In this document: piece after piece, positions 18,016 through 28,543 of the stretch
Layout: each line of letters starts with the position of its first letter
Position numbering within the stretch: position 1 is the first letter of the stretch
From: Acidimicrobiales bacterium
GTDB lineage: Bacteria; Actinomycetota; Acidimicrobiia; Acidimicrobiales; BPGG01
Length of the DNA stretch: 64,000 nt
Direction: 5' to 3'
NCBI GenBank assembly: GCA_026002915.1
Contig: BPGG01000001.1
Coordinates: 405,468-469,467 of the forward strand
Notes under the pieces: generated by a model
What the model was told of the DNA's origin: nothing
Seen by the model: the letters and a program-made list of their open reading frames with translations, nothing else
Database searches by the model: none
Translations under genes and position numbers: made by a program

Positions 18016-18822
18016 TCACGCGTCTCGCCTCGACGCGCTCCACACCTCGCTCGCGATCTCCATCGCCGCGCGCTCGGGCTCCTCTGCGGTGGAGATGGGT
18101 CTGCCCACGACGAGAAGGTCCGCGCCGGCCTGCAGCGCCGAACTCGGCGTGGCCACCCGCGCCTGGTCTCCCCGCGGTGCGCCGGTGGGCCTGATCCCCG
18201 GCACGACCTTCTTCATCGCCGGAGCCACCGACGAGACCACGGCCAGATCCCGAGCAGCGCACACCACTCCTCCGCAACCCGCCTCCGCTGCCTGCAGAAC
18301 CCGACCGGCGAGCAGGTGCGGAGGCGCCGCGTCCTGGGAAGTGAGCACGGTCACCGCCAGCGCCACCGGCGCCTCCAGACCCACGGCATCCGCGCCGGCT
18401 GCGAGACCCTCCACCGCCGCACGCATCACAGCCACACCTCCGGCAGCGTGAACCGTCGCATATCCCACTCCGAGCGAGCCGAGGACTCGGCCGGCTCGAC
18501 GGACGGTCGTCGGGATGTCGTGGAGCTTCAGATCACAGAACACCTCGAAGCCCATCTCTCGGAATACCCCCACGGCCGCGGGACCCTCGGAGCAGTAGAG
18601 CTCCAGACCTACCTTGACGACACCCACCCAAGGTTGCACCGCGGCCGCGAGCCGCTTCGCCGCGACGACGTCGTCGACGTCGAGCGCGAGACAGAGCCGA
18701 CGTCGCACCTCTCGCGGCGCGCCGGCGGCGAGCTCCCCTTCCGCCGACCCGAGGGCCGGGCCGGCGCCGCGATCCACGTAGACGTTCGACTCGTCTCGCC
18801 GAGGAAGGCCTGGGTCAACCAT
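18016..18822 (-). CDS. pyrF: orotidine 5'-phosphate decarboxylase (type 2)
   Basis: Sequence LCLALDVDD...VKVGLELY...FCDLKLHDIPTTV...VVGRPI. ATG 18822 overlaps the pyrD end by 8 nt. Confidence 0.9.
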   Translation of the reverse strand: MVDPGLPRRDESNVYVDRGAGPALGSAEGELAAGAPREVRRRLCLALDVDDVVAAKRLAAAVQPWVGVVKVGLELYCSEGPAAVGVFREMGFEVFCDLKLHDIPTTVRRAGRVLGSLGVGYATVHAAGGVAVMRAAVEGLAAGADAVGLEAPVALAVTVLTSQDAAPPHLLAGRVLQAAEAGCGGVVCAARDLAVVSSVAPAMKKVVPGIRPTGAPRGDQARVATPSSALQAGADLLVVGRPISTAEEPERAAMEIASEVWSASRRDA

Positions 18823-19759
18823 CACGCGCCTCTCCGTGGGCCACACCCACCAGGTCACAGATCTTCGCGACTCCCTTCGACCGGCACCAGCGCTCGAGCT
18901 CCCCAAGGACGTTCCACGGCGCCCTGGGGTCGGCGAAGGTGGCGGTCCCCACCTGCACCGCAGAGGCGCCCGCCATGATCATCTCCACCGCGTCCCGCCC
19001 GGTGGCCACACCACCGACTCCGACGATCGGGAGGTCCGGCAGCGCGGCGTGGCAATCCCACACTGCCCGCACCGCCACTGGACGGATGGCTGCTCCCGAG
19101 AGACCTCCTGTGACGCCGCCCAGGGCCGGTCGGCGCCTGTCCACGTCGATCACCATCGCCGGGAGCGTGTTGATCAGGGTCACCGCGACTGCGCCGGCCT
19201 CTGCGACTGCTGCCGCCACCTCCACGATGGCGGGAACGCTCGCGGCGAGTTTCGCCCACACCGGCAGGCCGGCCGAGCAGGCGGCTGCCACCGCCGCCTT
19301 CGCGAGGCTCGGCGAGTGGGCGAACAGGCGCTCGCCTGCCCTGTGGTTGGGGCAGGACAGGTTCGCCTCCACCGCCGTCACGCCCGATCCGGCCAGCTTG
19401 CCGGCGACCTCGGCGAACCCGTCGGGATCCTCGGCCCAGATGCTGGCGACCACCGTGGCCCCCTCGCGCAGGAGAGCCGGCAGATGCTCTTCCAGCCAAC
19501 GGTCCACACCCGGACCCTGCAGGCCCACCGAGTTCACCATCCCGGCGGGCGAGGGCGTGACTCGCAATGGCGGGTTCCCCGGCCACGGCCTCGGACCCAC
19601 CGACTTCGCCACGACGGCCCCGAGTCGAGAGAGCGGACCATAGGCAGCCAGCTCCGCACCATGACCGCCCGTTCCCGCCGCCGTCATCACGGGGGCTCGC
19701 AGACGCGTCGGCCCCACGTTCACCGAGAGGTCGACCGCGGCTCGTCTCGCGGGAGACAT
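18815..19759 (-). CDS. pyrD: dihydroorotate dehydrogenase, class 1 (1B-like catalytic subunit)
   Basis: Sequence PVMTAAGTGG...GMVNSVGLQGPG...EANLSCPN (catalytic Cys)...GGLSGAAIRPVA...GVGGV. Confidence 0.9.
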   Translation of the reverse strand: MSPARRAAVDLSVNVGPTRLRAPVMTAAGTGGHGAELAAYGPLSRLGAVVAKSVGPRPWPGNPPLRVTPSPAGMVNSVGLQGPGVDRWLEEHLPALLREGATVVASIWAEDPDGFAEVAGKLAGSGVTAVEANLSCPNHRAGERLFAHSPSLAKAAVAAACSAGLPVWAKLAASVPAIVEVAAAVAEAGAVAVTLINTLPAMVIDVDRRRPALGGVTGGLSGAAIRPVAVRAVWDCHAALPDLPIVGVGGVATGRDAVEMIMAGASAVQVGTATFADPRAPWNVLGELERWCRSKGVAKICDLVGVAHGEARDG

Positions 19760-19762
19760 GTT

Positions 19763-22700
19763 TCAGAGCTGTAGGCGAAGTTGCCGGCCCCGGCCGTGGA
19801 CCTCCTGCAACGACCGAACGACCGTCTCGTGCTGACGCCAGTCCGCGATTCCGCCTGCCGCCGCCACCGCCGCCTTCGCCGTAGTGAGGAGAGGAACGCC
19901 CGCTGCACCCGCGGCTCGCCTTATGTACTCGCCGTCTGCCCGCGGACCCCTGCCTCGCGGGCTGTTCACCACCAGCGAGACCTTCCCTGCCGATATCAGG
20001 TCGACCGCGTCCACGCCCGGCTCACCCAACTTCGCGACGACCTGGTCGACGGGGATCCCCGCCCGCCTGAAAGCCTCGGCCGTTCCGGACGTGGCCACTA
20101 TCGAGAAGCCGAGCCGGTGGAAGAGACTCGCGGCCTCGACCCCTTTTGCCTTGTCCCTGTCGGCGAGCGAGAAGAAGACGGTCCCCGAAGTGGGTAGACG
20201 GTCGCCGGCTGCGAGCTGGCTCTTGAAGAACGCCAGACCCGGCGTCGAATCGAGTCCCATCACCTCACCCGTCGAGCGCATCTCCGGTCCGAGGAGGGCG
20301 TCCACCTCGGGGAAGCGATTGAACGGCAGGACGGCCTCTTTCACCGCGTAGTGGCCGTGGACTTCCGCAGGCGAGAACTCGCCCCTGTCCCGCAGCTCTC
20401 CGAGCGTCTCGCCGAGCATCACGAAGGTCGCGATCCGGGCGATGGGAACCCCCGTCGCCTTGGCGACGAACGGAACGGTCCGCGACGCTCTGGGATTGGC
20501 CTCGAGCACTAACACCTGCCCGTCTTTGACGGCGAACTGCACGTTGATGAGCCCGACGACACCCAGCGCGTCGGCCAGCCTCTGCGTGTAGTCGACGAGC
20601 GTGCGGATGGTCTCCTCCGACAGACCGACGGGGGGAAGGATGCATGCCGAATCGCCCGAGTGGACTCCGGCCTCTTCGATGTGCTCCATGATCCCGGCCA
20701 CGTAGACCTCGCCGCTCGCGTCTCGGATCGCGTCGACGTCGACCTCGGTCGCGTCTTCGAGGAATCGATCGATCAGCACCGGTCGCTCGGACGCCGGCCC
20801 CCCTTCGAGTGCAAGAGAGCCGAACCCGCTCAGCTCCTCGATCGCAGCCGAGAGTTGCGAGTCGTCATAGACGATCTCCATCGCCCTCCCCCCCAACACG
20901 TACGAGGGGCGCACCAGGACGGGGTATCCGATCCTCTCCACCACCGCCAGAGCCTCGTCGTATGTGGTGGCCACGCCGCCGGGCGGTTGAGGGATCTCCA
21001 GACGGGAGCACAGCTTCGACCAGAGCTCTCGGTCCTCTGCCGTGTCGATGGCGCTCGGCGGAGTCCCCAACACGAGATCGGGCGGGAGCGCCCCGGCGAG
21101 CTTCAGCGGCGTCTGTCCGCCGAGAGTGACGATCACGCCCTCCACGCCGGGGAGTTCGAGAATCGCAGAGACGTCCTCCAACGTCAGCGGCTCGAAGAAC
21201 AGGACGTCGCTGGTGTCGTAGTCGGTGCTCACCGTCTCGGGGTTGCAGTTCACCATCACCGCCTCGTATCCGGCGTCTCTCACTGCAAAGGCCGCATGGA
21301 CGCAGCAGTAGTCGAATTCGATCCCCTGTCCGATGCGGTTCGGGCCCGCTCCGAGGATCACGATCCTGGGATTGGCGGGAGGACGCACCTCGTCCTCGTC
21401 CTCCCAGGTCGAATAGTGATACGGGGTGGACGACTCGAACTCTGCGGCACAGGTGTCCACCGTCTTGAACGTGGGGTTCACACCTGCGGCCCGGCGGAGG
21501 GTTCTGACTTCTTTCTCTGTGATGCCCCACAACCATGCGAGTTGTGCGTCGGAGAATCCGAGGCGTTTCGCCCTCTTCCAGTCGTCACGCCGCATGGTGT
21601 GAGGTTCTGCGGCGGCGAGCTTCTCCCTCTCCCTGACTATTCGCATGATCTGTTCGAGGAACCAGGGGTCGACCCCGGTCGCCTCGTGCAGACGCTCAAC
21701 CCCCACGCCCCTGCGCAGGGCAGCTTCCAGGAGAAACGGGCGATCCGGTGTGGGCTGCGACGCTCTGGCCAGCAGTTCTTCCAAGTCGAGCCCCTCGAAA
21801 CGCAGTTCGCCGGGGTCGCAGTTGAGGCCGTACCTGCCCTGCTCCAAGGATCTCATCGCCTTCTGTAACGACTCCGGGAACGTCCTGCCGATGGCCATCA
21901 CCTCGCCCACAGACTGCATCGAGGTGCCGAGCACGCCAGAAGTGCCGGGAAGCTTCTCGAACGCCCAACGGGGAACCTTCGTCACCACGTAGTCGATGGT
22001 CGGCTCGAAGCTGGCGGGCGTCTTCTTCGTTATGTCGTTCGGGATCTCGTCCAACGTGTATCCCACCGCCAGGCGCGCTGCGATCTTCGCGATCGGAAAG
22101 CCGGTGGCCTTCGACGCCAGGGCCGAGGACCGCGAGACCCTCGGGTTCATCTCGATGACGACCATCTGGCCGTCGCGTGGGTTCACGGCGAACTGGATGT
22201 TCGAACCGCCGGTCTCCACGCCCACTCGCCGGATGCAGGCGAACGCGGCGTCCCGCATCGCCTGGTATTCGACGTCGGTGAGCGTCTGGGCAGGTGCGAC
22301 CGTTATCGAGTCGCCGGTGTGGACACCCATCGGATCGAGGTTCTCGATCGAACAAACGATCACACAGTTGTCCGCCCGATCGCGCATCACCTCGAGCTCG
22401 TACTCCTTCCATCCTGCGATCGAGCGCTCTATGAGGATCTCCCCGATCGGGCTCGCCTTCAGACCCCGCTCGCAGATGCGCTCATACTCCTCGGGGGTGG
22501 AGGCGGTGCCGGTGCCCTTCCCACCCAGGATGTATGCAGGTCTCACGATGACCGGGAGGCCCACGGTCTCCAGCAGATCCATCGCCTCCTCGAGGGATCG
22601 CGCGACGACCGAGGGGGGGACCTCGAGGCCGATCTCTTGCATGGCCTCCTTGAATTTCTCCCGGTCCTCGGCCGTGGCGATGGCGTCCGCGCTGGCCCCT

Positions 22701-23047
22701 ATCAACTCGACCCCGTGCGCCTCCAGCACACCCGACCGCCACAGCTCCATGGCGAGGTTCAACGCGGTCTGGCCTCCGAGTGTCGGCAAGAGCGCGTCGG
22801 GCCGCTCCTTGGCGACGATCTTCTCGAGGATCGCGGCGTCGAGCGGTTCCACATAGGTGGCGTCGGCGAAGTCCGGGTCGGTCATGATCGTGGCGGGATT
22901 CGAGTTCACCAGCACCACCCGATAACCCTCGGATCGCAGCACCTTGCAGGCCTGCGCCCCCGAGTAGTCGAACTCGCACGCCTGTCCGATGACTATCGGA
23001 CCAGACCCGATCACCATGATCGACTCGATGTCGTCACGCCGCGGCAT
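19763..23047 (-). CDS. carB: carbamoyl-phosphate synthase large subunit
   Basis: N-terminus [30 protein letters not shown], two ATP-grasp halves and an MGS-like C-terminus. ATG at 23047 overlaps the carA stop by 1 nt (TGATG). The track ORF begins one codon earlier, at a TTG. Confidence 0.97.
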   Translation of the reverse strand: MPRRDDIESIMVIGSGPIVIGQACEFDYSGAQACKVLRSEGYRVVLVNSNPATIMTDPDFADATYVEPLDAAILEKIVAKERPDALLPTLGGQTALNLAMELWRSGVLEAHGVELIGASADAIATAEDREKFKEAMQEIGLEVPPSVVARSLEEAMDLLETVGLPVIVRPAYILGGKGTGTASTPEEYERICERGLKASPIGEILIERSIAGWKEYELEVMRDRADNCVIVCSIENLDPMGVHTGDSITVAPAQTLTDVEYQAMRDAAFACIRRVGVETGGSNIQFAVNPRDGQMVVIEMNPRVSRSSALASKATGFPIAKIAARLAVGYTLDEIPNDITKKTPASFEPTIDYVVTKVPRWAFEKLPGTSGVLGTSMQSVGEVMAIGRTFPESLQKAMRSLEQGRYGLNCDPGELRFEGLDLEELLARASQPTPDRPFLLEAALRRGVGVERLHEATGVDPWFLEQIMRIVREREKLAAAEPHTMRRDDWKRAKRLGFSDAQLAWLWGITEKEVRTLRRAAGVNPTFKTVDTCAAEFESSTPYHYSTWEDEDEVRPPANPRIVILGAGPNRIGQGIEFDYCCVHAAFAVRDAGYEAVMVNCNPETVSTDYDTSDVLFFEPLTLEDVSAILELPGVEGVIVTLGGQTPLKLAGALPPDLVLGTPPSAIDTAEDRELWSKLCSRLEIPQPPGGVATTYDEALAVVERIGYPVLVRPSYVLGGRAMEIVYDDSQLSAAIEELSGFGSLALEGGPASERPVLIDRFLEDATEVDVDAIRDASGEVYVAGIMEHIEEAGVHSGDSACILPPVGLSEETIRTLVDYTQRLADALGVVGLINVQFAVKDGQVLVLEANPRASRTVPFVAKATGVPIARIATFVMLGETLGELRDRGEFSPAEVHGHYAVKEAVLPFNRFPEVDALLGPEMRSTGEVMGLDSTPGLAFFKSQLAAGDRLPTSGTVFFSLADRDKAKGVEAASLFHRLGFSIVATSGTAEAFRRAGIPVDQVVAKLGEPGVDAVDLISAGKVSLVVNSPRGRGPRADGEYIRRAAGAAGVPLLTTAKAAVAAAGGIADWRQHETVVRSLQEVHGRGRQLRLQL

Positions 23048-24135
23048 CAAGCGCTCCCTTTCTTTCTGGAATCCATGAGACGTGCGAACTCGTCGAAGAG
23101 GTAGTGCGAATCGTGGGGTCCGGGCCCGGCTTCGGGGTGGTACTGCACGCTGAACGCGTCCATGTCCCGCACGCGCAGACCCTCGATCACTCCGTCATTC
23201 AGGTTCACGTGGGTGACTTCGGCGCCCGGCACAGATCCTTCTGCCACCGCGTAGTTGTGGTTCTGGCTCGTCACCTCGACAGACCCCGTGGCGATCCTCT
23301 TCACGGGGTGGTTCCCGCCGTGGTGTCCGAACGGAAGCTTGCAAGTCGACCCTCCCAGGGCCAGTCCCAACAGCTGATGTCCCAGGCATATGCCGAAGAT
23401 CGGGACCTCGCCCAGCAGACGACGGATGGTCTCCGGCGCACCTTCCACGGCCGCCGGGTCACCGGGACCGTTGGAGAGGAATACCCCGTCTGGGTTCCTG
23501 GCGAGCACGTCTTCGGGATCCGTCCACGCAGGCACCACCTCCACACGGCCTATACGACTGAGGTGGCGGATGATGGTCTCCTTTATCCCGAAGTCGTAGG
23601 CGACGATCCGGCGCGGTCCGTCTCCGTACACCTCCGGCTCCCGGCGTGTCACCTCGGCCACGAGGTTTCGTCCGTCCGTCGAGGGTGCCGCCCGGGCGGC
23701 TTCTCGCACGGTCTGTTCGTCCGCCGTCCCGAAGGCGCCCGGGACGGCTCCCACTTCCCTGATATGGCGAGTGAGACGGCGAGTATCGATTCCCGCTATC
23801 CCCGGCACGCCGTGCGAGCGCAGGAACGTGTCGAGGTCGCTCTCCGACCGCCAGTTGCTGGGAGTGTCGCAGAGATCCCTCACGACCACTCCCACACAGA
23901 ACGGCCTTCGAGACTCCATGTCGAATGAGTTCGCCCCGTAGTTGCCTATGTGCGGATAGGTGAAGGTGATTATCTGACCGGCGTAGGAGGGATCTGTGAT
24001 CACCTCCTGGTACCCGGTGAGGACGGTGTTGAACACCACCTCGCCGCCCACCACTCCTCCGGGAGGTTCTGCCCCGATCGCCTCGCCCTCGAAAAGTGTC
24101 CCGTCCTGCAAGACGAGGATCGCCGGTCGCCTCAC
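23047..24135 (-). CDS. carA: carbamoyl-phosphate synthase small (glutaminase) subunit
   Basis: Sequence [12 protein letters not shown]...[12 protein letters not shown]...GICLGHQLL...HGGNHPV. Confidence 0.97.
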   Translation of the reverse strand: MRRPAILVLQDGTLFEGEAIGAEPPGGVVGGEVVFNTVLTGYQEVITDPSYAGQIITFTYPHIGNYGANSFDMESRRPFCVGVVVRDLCDTPSNWRSESDLDTFLRSHGVPGIAGIDTRRLTRHIREVGAVPGAFGTADEQTVREAARAAPSTDGRNLVAEVTRREPEVYGDGPRRIVAYDFGIKETIIRHLSRIGRVEVVPAWTDPEDVLARNPDGVFLSNGPGDPAAVEGAPETIRRLLGEVPIFGICLGHQLLGLALGGSTCKLPFGHHGGNHPVKRIATGSVEVTSQNHNYAVAEGSVPGAEVTHVNLNDGVIEGLRVRDMDAFSVQYHPEAGPGPHDSHYLFDEFARLMDSRKKGSA

Positions 24136-24209
24136 TTCGACACGCCTCCGTATGACGCTCCCGTCTCGCGGTCTTCACGCGGATGCCTCATCAGAGAGCT
24201 ACACCCCCT

Positions 24210-25490
24210 TCACCTGGTCGCCTCTCCTTCCCGCACCACCACCTCGCCCCGGTACACCGTGTGCCGCACTCGTCCGGTCAGGGTCCGCCCCACAAAGGGG
24301 TTGTTGCGCGCCAGTGAGTACGTGCTGGCCGGCTCCACGCGCCATCTCTCCTCGGGCGAGAAGACGCAGATGTTCGCCGGCCTCCCCGGCTCGATCGGCC
24401 CTCCGTGATCCTCCAGGCCAGCGATCGCGGCGGGCCTCCAGGACAGCGCCGCCACCACCGTCTCGAGCGGGAGGTCGGTGTGGGTGAGGACCGCGGCGAG
24501 AGCGGTCTCGAGGCCCGTCATGCCCGGCGGGGCCTCGTCCAGCGGCCTCTCCTTCTCTTCGGGCGGGTGAGGTGCGTGATCCGTCGCCACGGCGTCGACG
24601 TGACCGTCCGCCAGAGCCGAGCGGAGTGCCTGCACGTCGGGTTCCTCGCGCAGAGGGGGGTTTACCTTGAAGACGGGGTCGAAGCTCGCCAGCTCCGCGT
24701 CGAGTAGCGACAAGTGATGTGGAGTGACCTCGGCCGTCACGTCGAGACCTTCCAGCTTGGCTTGCTTCACCAGCTCGACCGAACCGCGGGTGGAGATGTG
24801 CTGGAGGTGGATCCGCCCCCCGAAGGTACGGCACAGAGCAATGTCCCGGGCGACCATCAACTCCTCGGCTACGGCAGGAACCCCGGGGAGGCCGAGTGTG
24901 GAGCTCCATCGGCCCTCGTGCATGACTCCTCCGGCAGAGAGCGACTCGACCTCGCAGTGCTGTGCGAGAACGACTCCGAGGTCTCTGGCATACAGGAGCG
25001 CCCGTCGCATCACTCCGGCGTCCTGGACTCCGCGGCCATCGTCCGTGAACATCCGGACACCCGCCCTGACCATGTCCGCCATCTCCACCAACTGCTCGCC
25101 GGCTCGTCCGATCGTGATGGCACCTGCTGGAACCACGTCGCACAGGGCGCCCCGCGCCAGGCTCTGTATCTCCCTCACCATGGAGGCGTTGTCCACGGGG
25201 GGGTCGGTGTTGGGCATCGCCACCACGGCGGTGAACCCCCCTGCGGCAGCCGCCCGGGATCCGCTGAGCACCGTTTCGGCCCGCTCTCCCCCTGGTTCTC
25301 GCAAGTGCGTGTGGAGATCCACGAAGCCCGGCGTGACGACGCAGCCCGAGGCGTCGAGTGTCTCGGGCGCGTCGAGGTCTCTGCCCACAGCGAGGATCGT
25401 CCCGTCCGCACCCACCAGCACGTCGTCTCGCCGTCGACCCAGGGAGTCGAGGATCTCTCCTCCCTTCACCACGAATGCCGGCTCAACCAT
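24210..25490 (-). CDS. pyrC: dihydroorotase
   Basis: Sequence GFVDLHTHLREPG...AMPNT.P...GGRIHLQHIST...TDHAPH. ATG 25490 ([11 protein letters not shown]) overlaps the pyrB end by 8 nt. Confidence 0.93.
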   Translation of the reverse strand: MVEPAFVVKGGEILDSLGRRRDDVLVGADGTILAVGRDLDAPETLDASGCVVTPGFVDLHTHLREPGGERAETVLSGSRAAAAGGFTAVVAMPNTDPPVDNASMVREIQSLARGALCDVVPAGAITIGRAGEQLVEMADMVRAGVRMFTDDGRGVQDAGVMRRALLYARDLGVVLAQHCEVESLSAGGVMHEGRWSSTLGLPGVPAVAEELMVARDIALCRTFGGRIHLQHISTRGSVELVKQAKLEGLDVTAEVTPHHLSLLDAELASFDPVFKVNPPLREEPDVQALRSALADGHVDAVATDHAPHPPEEKERPLDEAPPGMTGLETALAAVLTHTDLPLETVVAALSWRPAAIAGLEDHGGPIEPGRPANICVFSPEERWRVEPASTYSLARNNPFVGRTLTGRVRHTVYRGEVVVREGEATR

Positions 25491-26619
25491 GGCGACCGCC
25501 GGGGCCTCGCCGACCACTCGAAGTCACCGTCCGATTTGCGACGACCGACCGATCGTCTGCGGTCCCGGCCCCGCCGGTGTCGGGCTCGACGGAGGCCGAC
25601 TCGACCCCTTCGACGGTGGGATTTGTCCGAGGAGGAGACAGGAGCCAGAAGAGCACGGCCATCCTCGCCGCGACGCCGTTTCGGACCTGGTCGACGACGA
25701 GGGCTCGATCTGTGGCCGACACGTCCACGCACATCTCGATACCCCTGTTCACGGGCCCTGGGTGCATCACCACTGCATCCGGCTTCATACGCGCCAGGCG
25801 ACCCTCGTCCAGCGCATAGCGGGCCGAGTACTCACGCAGAGACGGGATCGACCCCGACGACTGCCTCTCCCTCTGGATGCGGAGCATGTAGACGACGTCC
25901 ACCTCTCCGACGACCTCGTCGAAGTCGCTGGTCCACGAGACGGGCCAGCCCTCCAGAGACGGTGGGACGAGCGTCGACGGGGCCACGACCACCACTTCTG
26001 CGCCGAGCATCGACAGCGCGGTGATCCCCGATCGCGCCACACGCGAGTGGGCTATGTCCCCCACGAACGCCACCCTGAGCCCCGCGACACGTCCGAAGTG
26101 TGATCGGATCGTGTAGCAGTCGAGCAGGGCCTGGGTCGGGTGTTCGTGGGCTCCGTCCCCTGCGTTCACCACCGCGGCGTCCACCCAACGGGCCGCCATG
26201 TGCGGAACTCCCGCACAACGGTGCCTGACGACGATGGCGTCGACGCCCATGGCCGCCACCGTCTCGAACGTGTCGCGGAGCGACTCCCCCTTGGCCAACG
26301 ACGATCCTGACGCCGAGAAGGTCGTGGTGTCGGCCGAGAGCCGCTTGGCTGCCAGCTCGAAGCTCATCCGCGTGCGAGTGGAGTTCTCGAAGAACATCAG
26401 GGCGACGGTGCGCCCGCGCAGAGCCGGCACTCTCGGGATCCGACGGGCCGAGACCTCTACGAAGGTGTCGGTCAGATCCAGCAACTCTTCGATTCCTTCT
26501 CGGCCGAGCTCGGCCACCGAGAGCAGGTGTCGGTCTCCCTTGCCCACGGGCGGGACGTCCACCGACGTCTCGAGGGGCCCTACCGACGGATCGCCGGTCT
26601 CGAAGACCGATCCGGTCAC
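25483..26619 (-). CDS. pyrB: aspartate carbamoyltransferase catalytic subunit (with a C-terminal tail of about 55 aa)
   Basis: Sequence [19 protein letters not shown]...VVRH...[10 protein letters not shown]...[11 protein letters not shown] overlaps the pyrR stop (GTGA). Confidence 0.95.
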   Translation of the reverse strand: MTGSVFETGDPSVGPLETSVDVPPVGKGDRHLLSVAELGREGIEELLDLTDTFVEVSARRIPRVPALRGRTVALMFFENSTRTRMSFELAAKRLSADTTTFSASGSSLAKGESLRDTFETVAAMGVDAIVVRHRCAGVPHMAARWVDAAVVNAGDGAHEHPTQALLDCYTIRSHFGRVAGLRVAFVGDIAHSRVARSGITALSMLGAEVVVVAPSTLVPPSLEGWPVSWTSDFDEVVGEVDVVYMLRIQRERQSSGSIPSLREYSARYALDEGRLARMKPDAVVMHPGPVNRGIEMCVDVSATDRALVVDQVRNGVAARMAVLFWLLSPPRTNPTVEGVESASVEPDTGGAGTADDRSVVANRTVTSSGRRGPGGRHG

Positions 26620-27185
26620 GGCTTCACCATCTCCCCGAGCGAGACTCCCGACGGGCGCACGTCCACCATCTCGTCCCGTCTCGTCGGCAGGTTCTTGCCC
26701 ACGTAGTCGGGCCTTATGGGGAGCTCGCGGTGTCCCCTGTCCACCATCACCGCCAGCTGCACGACCCGCGGTCTGCCGAAGTCGGCGAGAGCGTCCAGCG
26801 CGGCCCTCACCGTCCGCCCCGTGAACAGCACGTCGTCGACCAGCACCACCGTCCGGCCGTCCAGTTCCGCCGGTATGTCGGTCTCCGCCTCGGGAACCAA
26901 CGGCCGCAGGCCGATGTCGTCACGGTGCAGCGCCACGTCCAACTTCCCGACGGGTGGGTCGACACCTTCGATCTCCGCGATCGCGTCTGCGAGCGCTCTC
27001 GCGATCCACACGCCGCCGGTCTGCAAGCCGATGAGCACGAGGTCTTCGGCGCCGTGGTTTCGTTCCAATATCTCGTGCGCCATGCGCCAGATCGCCCGTC
27101 GCAGATCGTCCGCGGACATGACCTGGCTACGGGCAACGAAGACACCGCCGAAGGGCGGCGTACGACGCCGTTCACGCTCTGCCAC
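26616..27185 (-). CDS. pyrR: bifunctional pyr operon regulator / uracil phosphoribosyltransferase PyrR
   Basis: Sequence [14 protein letters not shown]...[18 protein letters not shown] (PRPP motif). It is the first gene of pyrR-pyrB-pyrC-carAB-pyrDF. Confidence 0.93.
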   Translation of the reverse strand: MAERERRRTPPFGGVFVARSQVMSADDLRRAIWRMAHEILERNHGAEDLVLIGLQTGGVWIARALADAIAEIEGVDPPVGKLDVALHRDDIGLRPLVPEAETDIPAELDGRTVVLVDDVLFTGRTVRAALDALADFGRPRVVQLAVMVDRGHRELPIRPDYVGKNLPTRRDEMVDVRPSGVSLGEMVKP

Positions 27186-27190
27186 TCGTG

Positions 27191-27227
27191 TCCTCCCGTG
27201 GGAGCCTCGCGGGACTCCCGTTAACGG
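27191..27227 (-). promoter_or_regulatory. putative PyrR-binding RNA hairpin overlapping the pyrR Shine-Dalgarno
   Basis: The minus-strand RNA is CCGUUAACGGGAGUCCCGCGAGGCUCCCACGGGAGGA. Stem GGGAG/CUCCC pairs around loop UCCCGCGAGG. AGUCCCGCGAGGCU matches the PyrR consensus ARUCCAGAGAGGYU at 12 of 14 positions. The lower stem CCGU/ACGG pairs into the SD GGGAGGA, which lies 5 nt before GTG 27185. Confidence 0.6.
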
Positions 27228-27359
27228 TCAGTGCTCGCCTCGGCAACTTACACGATAGGAACCCGAGTCGCACCGCCGGTCACAAATTCGGCTGTGCGGC
27301 CTGGTCTCCACCGGTCTCGCTCTGCGACCGATGCCCTTCGTCGGACCCGTTCCGTTCGA

Positions 27360-27812
27360 TCACACCTCGTTCATCGGGTCACCGTCGTCAGATGTTCGCA
27401 ATTCACGCGCCAGTTCGGCCAACAGACCGTTGACGAACTTGGCCCCCTCTGGGGTCGTGTAACGCTGCGCCAGGTCCACCGCCTCCGCCAGCACGACGGC
27501 AGTGGGGACCTCCGGAACCCCGATCAGTTCGGCGGCGCCCAGACGTAGCAGCGCCCTCTCCACGTGCGGGATCCTCTCCCAAGACCAGTCCTCTCTCAGT
27601 CGTGACTCGATGAGCCCGTCGAGCGTCGGCCCGTGGCGATCGACGAATTCCAAGAGGTCCACGACATAAGGATCCGGAGGAGCCTCCACCGACCGGAGCA
27701 CGTCCGCCGGGCGCTCTCCCATGACGTCGGCCTGGTAGAGGAGTTCGAAGGCTCTCTCACGGGCGGCCCTTCTCGAAGCTCCCGGCTCGGCGAAGGAGGT
27801 CACTCTCCGCAA
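27360..27812 (-). CDS. nusB: transcription antitermination factor NusB
   Basis: Sequence SRRAARERAFELLYQADV...WSWERIPHVERALLRLGAAEL...PTAVVLAEAVDLAQRY...FVNGLL. Confidence 0.9.
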   Translation of the reverse strand: MRRVTSFAEPGASRRAARERAFELLYQADVMGERPADVLRSVEAPPDPYVVDLLEFVDRHGPTLDGLIESRLREDWSWERIPHVERALLRLGAAELIGVPEVPTAVVLAEAVDLAQRYTTPEGAKFVNGLLAELARELRTSDDGDPMNEV

Positions 27813-27818
27813 AGGGTC

Positions 27819-28382
27819 TCACGCCCGCGAGAGATATTCGCCGCTGCGGGTGTCGACCTTGATCTTGTCCCCCACCGACACGAAGAGCGGAACCTGCACG
27901 ACGAGTCCCGTCTGTACCTTCGCCGGCTTGGTCGCGCCCGAGACACGGTCCCCCTGCACCCCGGGTTCGGTCTCGACGACCTCCAGGGTCACGGCGGCCG
28001 GGAGCTCGACGCCGACCACCTCGTCCCTGTACCAGAGGAGCAGGGCCTCGTCCCCTTCGACCAGGTAGTTGGCCGAATCGCCCAGCGTCCTCACCGGTAC
28101 GGGAACCTGTTCGTACGACTCGCCGTCCATGAACACGAAGTCGTCACCGTCGCGATACAGGTATTGCATCGATCTCTTGTCGATGACGGCCCGTTCGACC
28201 TTCTCGCCGGCTCGAAAGGTCCGCTCCAGCACTGCGCCAGTCTTGGCGTTCTTCAGGGTGGTCCGGACGAACGCCCCGCCCTTGCCGGGCTTGACGTGCA
28301 GGAACTCGACGACGTGGAAGAGCTCGCCGTCGATCTCCAAGGTCATTCCGTTCTTGAGATCGTTGGTACTTATGGCAACCAT
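27819..28382 (-). CDS. efp: elongation factor P
   Basis: Sequence MVAISTNDLKNGMTLEIDGELFHVVEFLHVKPGKGGAFVRTTLKN... Confidence 0.97.
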   Translation of the reverse strand: MVAISTNDLKNGMTLEIDGELFHVVEFLHVKPGKGGAFVRTTLKNAKTGAVLERTFRAGEKVERAVIDKRSMQYLYRDGDDFVFMDGESYEQVPVPVRTLGDSANYLVEGDEALLLWYRDEVVGVELPAAVTLEVVETEPGVQGDRVSGATKPAKVQTGLVVQVPLFVSVGDKIKVDTRSGEYLSRA

Positions 28383-28543
28383 GGCTCGCCCAATCTAACC
28401 GACCCCGCCCCGACTACCGCGGTCCGGAGGCGCCACGGAGGAGGGACCAGGGTCGACGCGGCGCGGTCGAGCAGCCGCGAGAGAGCAGCCACAGTCGAGC
28501 AGCCACGATCTGCGGACCCGGTGTGCGATCGTGCAGAGCGGGA

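Noticed and set aside
24136-24209. A second PyrR site in the pyrC-carA spacer.
   Set aside because: The sequence (…GUAGCUCUCUGAUGAGG…) does not match the UCCAGAGAGG core well enough by eye.
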